Shown here piece after piece: positions 7,169-10,801 of a DNA stretch of 10,801 bases (within the stretch, counting starts at the first letter, position 1; each line of letters starts with the position of its first letter). This DNA is from a virus. Lineage: Duplodnaviria; Heunggongvirae; Uroviricota; Caudoviricetes. A program made the position numbers and the translations under genes. The notes under the pieces are model-generated. The model worked only from the letters and a program-made list of their open reading frames with translations, was not told the DNA's origin and ran no database searches. The DNA is taken from the IMG/VR virus record IMGVR_UViG_2529292726_000024, positions 1 through 10,801 of that record; one strand, written 5' to 3'.

Positions 7169-7492
7169 TTATTGCAGTCCACTTTTTACGCCATACGCGG
7201 CTAACCCCAAAAGCAGTGCGGTAATAATGAACGACGTTATTTTAGAAACAATGCCGCCAAAGAACCCACTTGAGATGGAATCTAACCGGTTAAGGAGTTT
7301 GTCCAGATTGGAGTGTTGAATACTATGTTGCGCCGGGGTCATATCACCAAAGTAGGTTTTCAGCTGATCATTGACCTCCTGGCCAATTTCTTCACGTAGC
7401 TCTTTACCTAATTTGCCAACAACCTCCCGAGCAACGATCGCGGCAATACGCTCAACTTGCTCTGTTGTAACGCCCGCCATCTCGTTCGACAT
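7169..7492 (-). CDS. small tail-anchored membrane protein (holin-like by position, unverified)
   Basis: ATG at 7492 has a strong SD GGAGG 5 nt upstream (alternative ATG at 7504 lacks one). About 85-aa charged N-terminal region then a single C-terminal TM ITSFIITALLLGLAAYGV. Stop is 13 nt before the next gene. Confidence 0.4.
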   Translation of the reverse strand: MSNEMAGVTTEQVERIAAIVAREVVGKLGKELREEIGQEVNDQLKTYFGDMTPAQHSIQHSNLDKLLNRLDSISSGFFGGIVSKITSFIITALLLGLAAYGVKSGLQ

Positions 7493-7573
7493 GTTTTCCT
7501 CCATGAAAAGTCAAATCGGGATGGCGGATTTATATCACATTTCACCCTTTTGTTGTAGGTGTGTACTTACCTA

Positions 7574-7807
7574 TCATTCAGCATTGCAACCGATTGATGA
7601 GAAAGCACCTACTCCAACCCATCGCCAGTTATAGATGCTACCCGCTTTGTATAAGGTATAGTCGTTCACTTTTTTAACAGCATATATGGGTATGACTGTC
7701 TCCTGTCCACCAATGATAGCTTCACCATAACATATAGGTGTCGGCAATTTCTGGCAGCCAGTAAGAGAGAGAACAACAGCTATTGTTAGAAATAATCTTT
7801 TCATCAT
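7574..7807 (-). CDS. small lipoprotein, 77 aa (candidate Cor-like superinfection-exclusion lipoprotein)
   Basis: Signal peptide MMKRLFLTIAVVLSLTGC with lipobox LTGC; starts 4 nt after the stop of the 202-aa gene; size and position after the tail-fibre genes recall Cor-type lipoproteins of lambdoid/N15-like phages, but sequence similarity is not verified. Confidence 0.55.
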   Translation of the reverse strand: MMKRLFLTIAVVLSLTGCQKLPTPICYGEAIIGGQETVIPIYAVKKVNDYTLYKAGSIYNWRWVGVGAFSSIGCNAE

Positions 7808-7814
7808 TTACTCA

Positions 7815-8423
7815 TCAGTTATACAGATTTCTATTTATTACCGGTACTCTGCCATTTACGCTAAAACTATGGCCGCCATTAAGTTGGTTTACGAATATCG
7901 AGCTAACAGTATTTCCATATGCCGCATATCCATAAACCATTGTCATGGCTCCGCCCGGTACTGGAACAGCGAACACATTCGCATATGTTGGGATTATCGC
8001 TGGAGGGTAATCAAAAACATGCCCTCCAGAGCTGTTCCACTCCGTATTATTAAGAAAGGTAAATGAAAGTGGGATATTTGCCGTATTATAGATTTCCTCC
8101 CCTTGTGCATTGAAAAAACTCATGCCCCAAGTTTCTTTTTTGGCTATACCTTTCGAAAATACGTATATCGTGGCACTAGAGTCGCTACCCTGACCTCCGA
8201 AACTGTAAATCACCTGGTTGTTACGCACTATTCTGTTGGCTATTAATGAAACAGCTTTCGAATAGGCAACAAAAATAATCGGTGAACGATCTGGAGATAT
8301 TTTGGTGTTAAACTCTGTTCCGCCGGACAAAGAAACAACCTGCTTTCTCTGAAAAACGATAGGAGACAAAGAAGGAGACATCCAGACCTTCCCGTCAGAT
8401 CGATATATCTTGCTTCCGTACAT
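7815..8423 (-). CDS. hypothetical protein, 202 aa, Gly/Ser/Asn/Tyr-rich, probably beta-rich
   Basis: ATG at 8423-8421 overlaps the stop of the upstream gene as TAATG (translational coupling). No TM segment or catalytic motif seen. Confidence 0.55.
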   Translation of the reverse strand: MYGSKIYRSDGKVWMSPSLSPIVFQRKQVVSLSGGTEFNTKISPDRSPIIFVAYSKAVSLIANRIVRNNQVIYSFGGQGSDSSATIYVFSKGIAKKETWGMSFFNAQGEEIYNTANIPLSFTFLNNTEWNSSGGHVFDYPPAIIPTYANVFAVPVPGGAMTMVYGYAAYGNTVSSIFVNQLNGGHSFSVNGRVPVINRNLYN

Positions 8424-8677
8424 TATTTTTGAAAAACCAATATGTTTAAATTACCACTAGCTCCAGACCACGAAATGGTATTTCCAGAAACCGTAAGACT
8501 TGTGTACTTTCCATTGGTTACGTCCATTATGTAATAGTCGATTCCCAATCCCGCCTCAACCTCATATGTTCTACTTCCTGAACCAGAGGGAGTAAAATAA
8601 TCGAGGTAATAAACAGGGGCCAACGCATTGACCATCTCCTGTCTTGATGGCGACCAAACCTGTGCACCATAGCTCAT
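8423..8677 (-). CDS. hypothetical protein, 84 aa
   Basis: ATG at 8677 with SD AAGGA 7 nt upstream; first gene after the tail-fibre stop; coupled to the 202-aa gene. No motif recognised. Confidence 0.5.
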   Translation of the reverse strand: MSYGAQVWSPSRQEMVNALAPVYYLDYFTPSGSGSRTYEVEAGLGIDYYIMDVTNGKYTSLTVSGNTISWSGASGNLNILVFQK

Positions 8678-8702
8678 AAATATATCCTTATACTTTTAAG
8701 CA

Positions 8703-8725
8703 GGGGCTGGTTTAGCTCCAGCCCC
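8703..8725. other. GC-rich hairpin between the tail-fibre gene and the downstream cassette
   Basis: GGGGCTGG (8703-8710) pairs with CCAGCCCC (8718-8725), 7-nt loop. U-rich flank only on the plus strand, so it is not a convincing terminator for the minus-strand operon; possibly an RNA-stability or processing element. Confidence 0.3.
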
Positions 8726-8737
8726 GATTGAAGTTGT

Positions 8738-10534
8738 TTATTCTTTAGGTGAATTTAACTTCGTTTCAAGCTCCTCAACCCTTTTGGTCAATTGCTGAAT
8801 ATGATGAATGAGTGGTACAACCAAACGCTCATACATCACTCCTTCAGCGACCATACCATTTGAGGAAATACCTTCTGGAGAATCATTATTTGTTGGTTCA
8901 CGCCAATGGACATATTGCGGGGCAATCTCACCAACCTCTTCAGCAATAAGGCCGTAATACCCCCAATCCTTTCGGTCACCTCGACAAATTGAACGATACC
9001 AAACAGGTCTTAATGACAAAAGTTCATCAGCATATCGATCTTGTAATGTTTCAATATCCTTTTTATAGCGCCTTGAAGACGTTGAACGCCAAACTGTATT
9101 GATACCTGGGTTTGGATCAATGTACATATTGGCACCGCTAGTAGTTGTGCCAATATCCCATATAGCAAACCCTCCACTACCGCCTGATTTGACAACCAGT
9201 GTTTCAGCAACAATATCCAGGTTGCCACTATAGCCTGTCAGTGATGATCTGCTTGCATAGGAACTTAGAAGGTTTGCTACCTCTGTTTTCGTGTAAGCAT
9301 TAAGGTTAGCCGCAGTCAAAGTTATATCGGCAGAGCCATCAAACGCCACACCAGCAATTTTCCTTGCTGTCTGCAATTTTGTGGCGGTTGCGGCATTACC
9401 AGTAGTGTTCTGATTACCAGTGGCATTCACACCAGGAATGGAGTCCCTTGATGTATATACCTGCGCCCACGCTGACCATGCCGCAACTGTGTAATCTCTT
9501 CGGGAGCGAATGAAAACCGGCGCATGTGCACCGCTCGTACCACTCCAGCCAATAAGCAACTCGCCCTCACCAGCAGCACTCGCACCTTTCATGTGCAATA
9601 CGTTGCCATACGTGGTCGGGTAGCTATTGTTGTACACCTCATACATTTGAATGCCAGCAGTGCCTTGAGTAGAGCCGCTTAACGCCGTAACTCGGCCACG
9701 AGATACCAATGTATTAATATTGATATCGCCTGAACCATCAAACTTAACACCATTGATGTTTCTCGCTGTTTGCAACTTCGTAGCTGTTGAAGCATTACCG
9801 TTCAAACTACCATTTACGCCACCAGTCACATTTAGTCCATTACCAATTGATACAGCACCGCTGGTATTATTAATTGTAATAGGTCGCAAACCGTTCCATG
9901 AACCTAATGTGTCTCCTGATGCTGTTAGCAGGAAATATGTGTTCGCCCCATCATTACGGATAAAGAACCCAAAGTTACCGTAAGCAATGCGGAAACCATT
10001 TGCATATTTTGAAACGATCTCACCAGAAGACGTTAACCCTCCAGATAATGTGCCACCTGAAAGCGGTAATGCTCCTACATCAGAAGCTGTTGGTTTGTTT
10101 CTAGTGTTATACGCTCTGCGCCATCCAGGTGAATAACTTGAGCCATTAGACACATAGATAAACTCCGCATTAGTGAGTGCACCAGAGACATTTGTCGTAG
10201 TGGCCGTTGTTATTCGAATGGTGTAATTGTTGGTATTATTGCTGAATACTTCTATCACAGCACCCGCCAGTGGAATAATGCCACAACCAGTTTCACTGTC
10301 TGGTATGGATGCACTATTCGCATACGCCCATGCACAACGAGCGATCCATGCTTTCGTACTGAATGCCCCGTTATTTTGCAACAAAGTAACTAACTGGGCT
10401 GTCGTTATTGCCCCTCCATTACTTCCTGTAGTTAACCAACCAGTAGGAGATGCCGGGCAACCTATATTTGCTGGCGACAAGGCAATATTTGCCGAGCCGT
10501 CAAACGACACCCCATTGATAGTACGCGCAGTCTG
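8738..10534 (-). pseudogene. tail fibre protein with C-terminal S74 intramolecular-chaperone domain, 5-prime truncated by IS2 insertion
   Basis: Three copies of the tail-fibre repeat LQTAR-INGV-FDGS; C-terminal domain with SSRRYKKDI (S74 auto-cleavage consensus) and ...VPLIHHIQQLTKRVEELETKL. The reading frame runs into the IS2 left end at 10535, so the first ~45 codons of the 643-aa track ORF derive from IS2. Confidence 0.8.
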
Positions 10535-10801
10535 TAGACTGCCCCCCTGAATCTCCAGACAACCAGTATCACTTAAATAAGTGATAGTCTTAATACTAGT
10601 TTTTAGACTAGTCATTGGAGAACAGATGATTGATGTCTTAGGGCCGGAGAAACGCAGACGGCGTACCACACAGGAAAAGATCGCAATTGTTCAGCAGAGC
10701 TTTGAACCGGGGATGACGGTCTCCCTCGTTGCCCGGCAACATGGTGTAGCAGCCAGCCAGTTATTTCTCTGGCGTAAGCAATACCAGGAAGGAAGTCTTA
10801 C
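10535..10801 (+). mobile_element. IS2 (IS3 family), left end, partial (runs off window)
   Basis: Sequence from TAGACTG at 10535 through the insC start matches the IS2 left end as I remember it (near-identical, one or two mismatches in the terminal repeat). Boundary good to about 3 bp. Confidence 0.85.
10626..10801 (+). CDS. insC: IS2 transposase OrfA (InsC), N-terminal part
   Basis: [58 protein letters not shown] is the recognised InsC N-terminus; SD GGAG upstream; ORF continues beyond the window. Confidence 0.85.

Noticed and set aside
6481-8066. Plus-strand ORFs 6481-6777, 7098-7319, 7371-7634 and 7869-8066
   Set aside because: All antisense to tightly packed minus-strand genes with good RBSs and membrane-protein features; shadows.
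9010-10550. Internal ORFs within the tail-fibre gene (9010-9228 minus, 9720-9983 plus, 10227-10550 plus)
   Set aside because: Embedded in or antisense to the tail-fibre ORF, whose repeats and S74 domain give strong coding evidence.
10535-10669. N-terminal 45 codons of the 643-aa track ORF as genuine tail-fibre sequence
   Set aside because: This segment is the reverse-strand read-through of the IS2 left end, not native fibre coding sequence.
1-10801. CRISPR arrays, tRNA or rRNA genes
   Set aside because: No regularly spaced direct repeats with unique spacers, and no cloverleaf-like or rRNA-like stretches seen; nearly all sequence is accounted for by protein-coding genes.

Overview
This window reads as part of an enterobacterial mobile element that combines plasmid-maintenance and phage functions, most likely a phage-plasmid or plasmid-like prophage. 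Left third (minus strand): a partial unknown ORF, a DnaB-family replicative helicase and an unknown 246-aa gene, with three CTGGTGG direct repeats in the divergent control region upstream. Middle: an orphan 352-aa ORF of unknown function on the plus strand, a ParA/ParF-type partition ATPase with a small overlapping partner, and a divergent DUF1778 antitoxin / GNAT acetyltransferase toxin pair (AtaR-AtaT / TacA-TacT family). Right third (minus strand): a tail fibre with a C-terminal S74 intramolecular-chaperone domain, cut at its 5-prime end by an IS2 copy that runs off the window, followed by a compact cassette of two unknown genes plus a small lipoprotein, then a four-gene membrane-protein cassette with spanin-like architecture. 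No rRNA, tRNA or CRISPR array was seen. The two best candidates for an undescribed system are the orphan ORF at 2779-3837 and the three-gene cassette at 7574-8677. All calls come from reading motifs in the translations and sequence by eye; no database search or computation was run, so any remembered similarity to a named protein is unverified.
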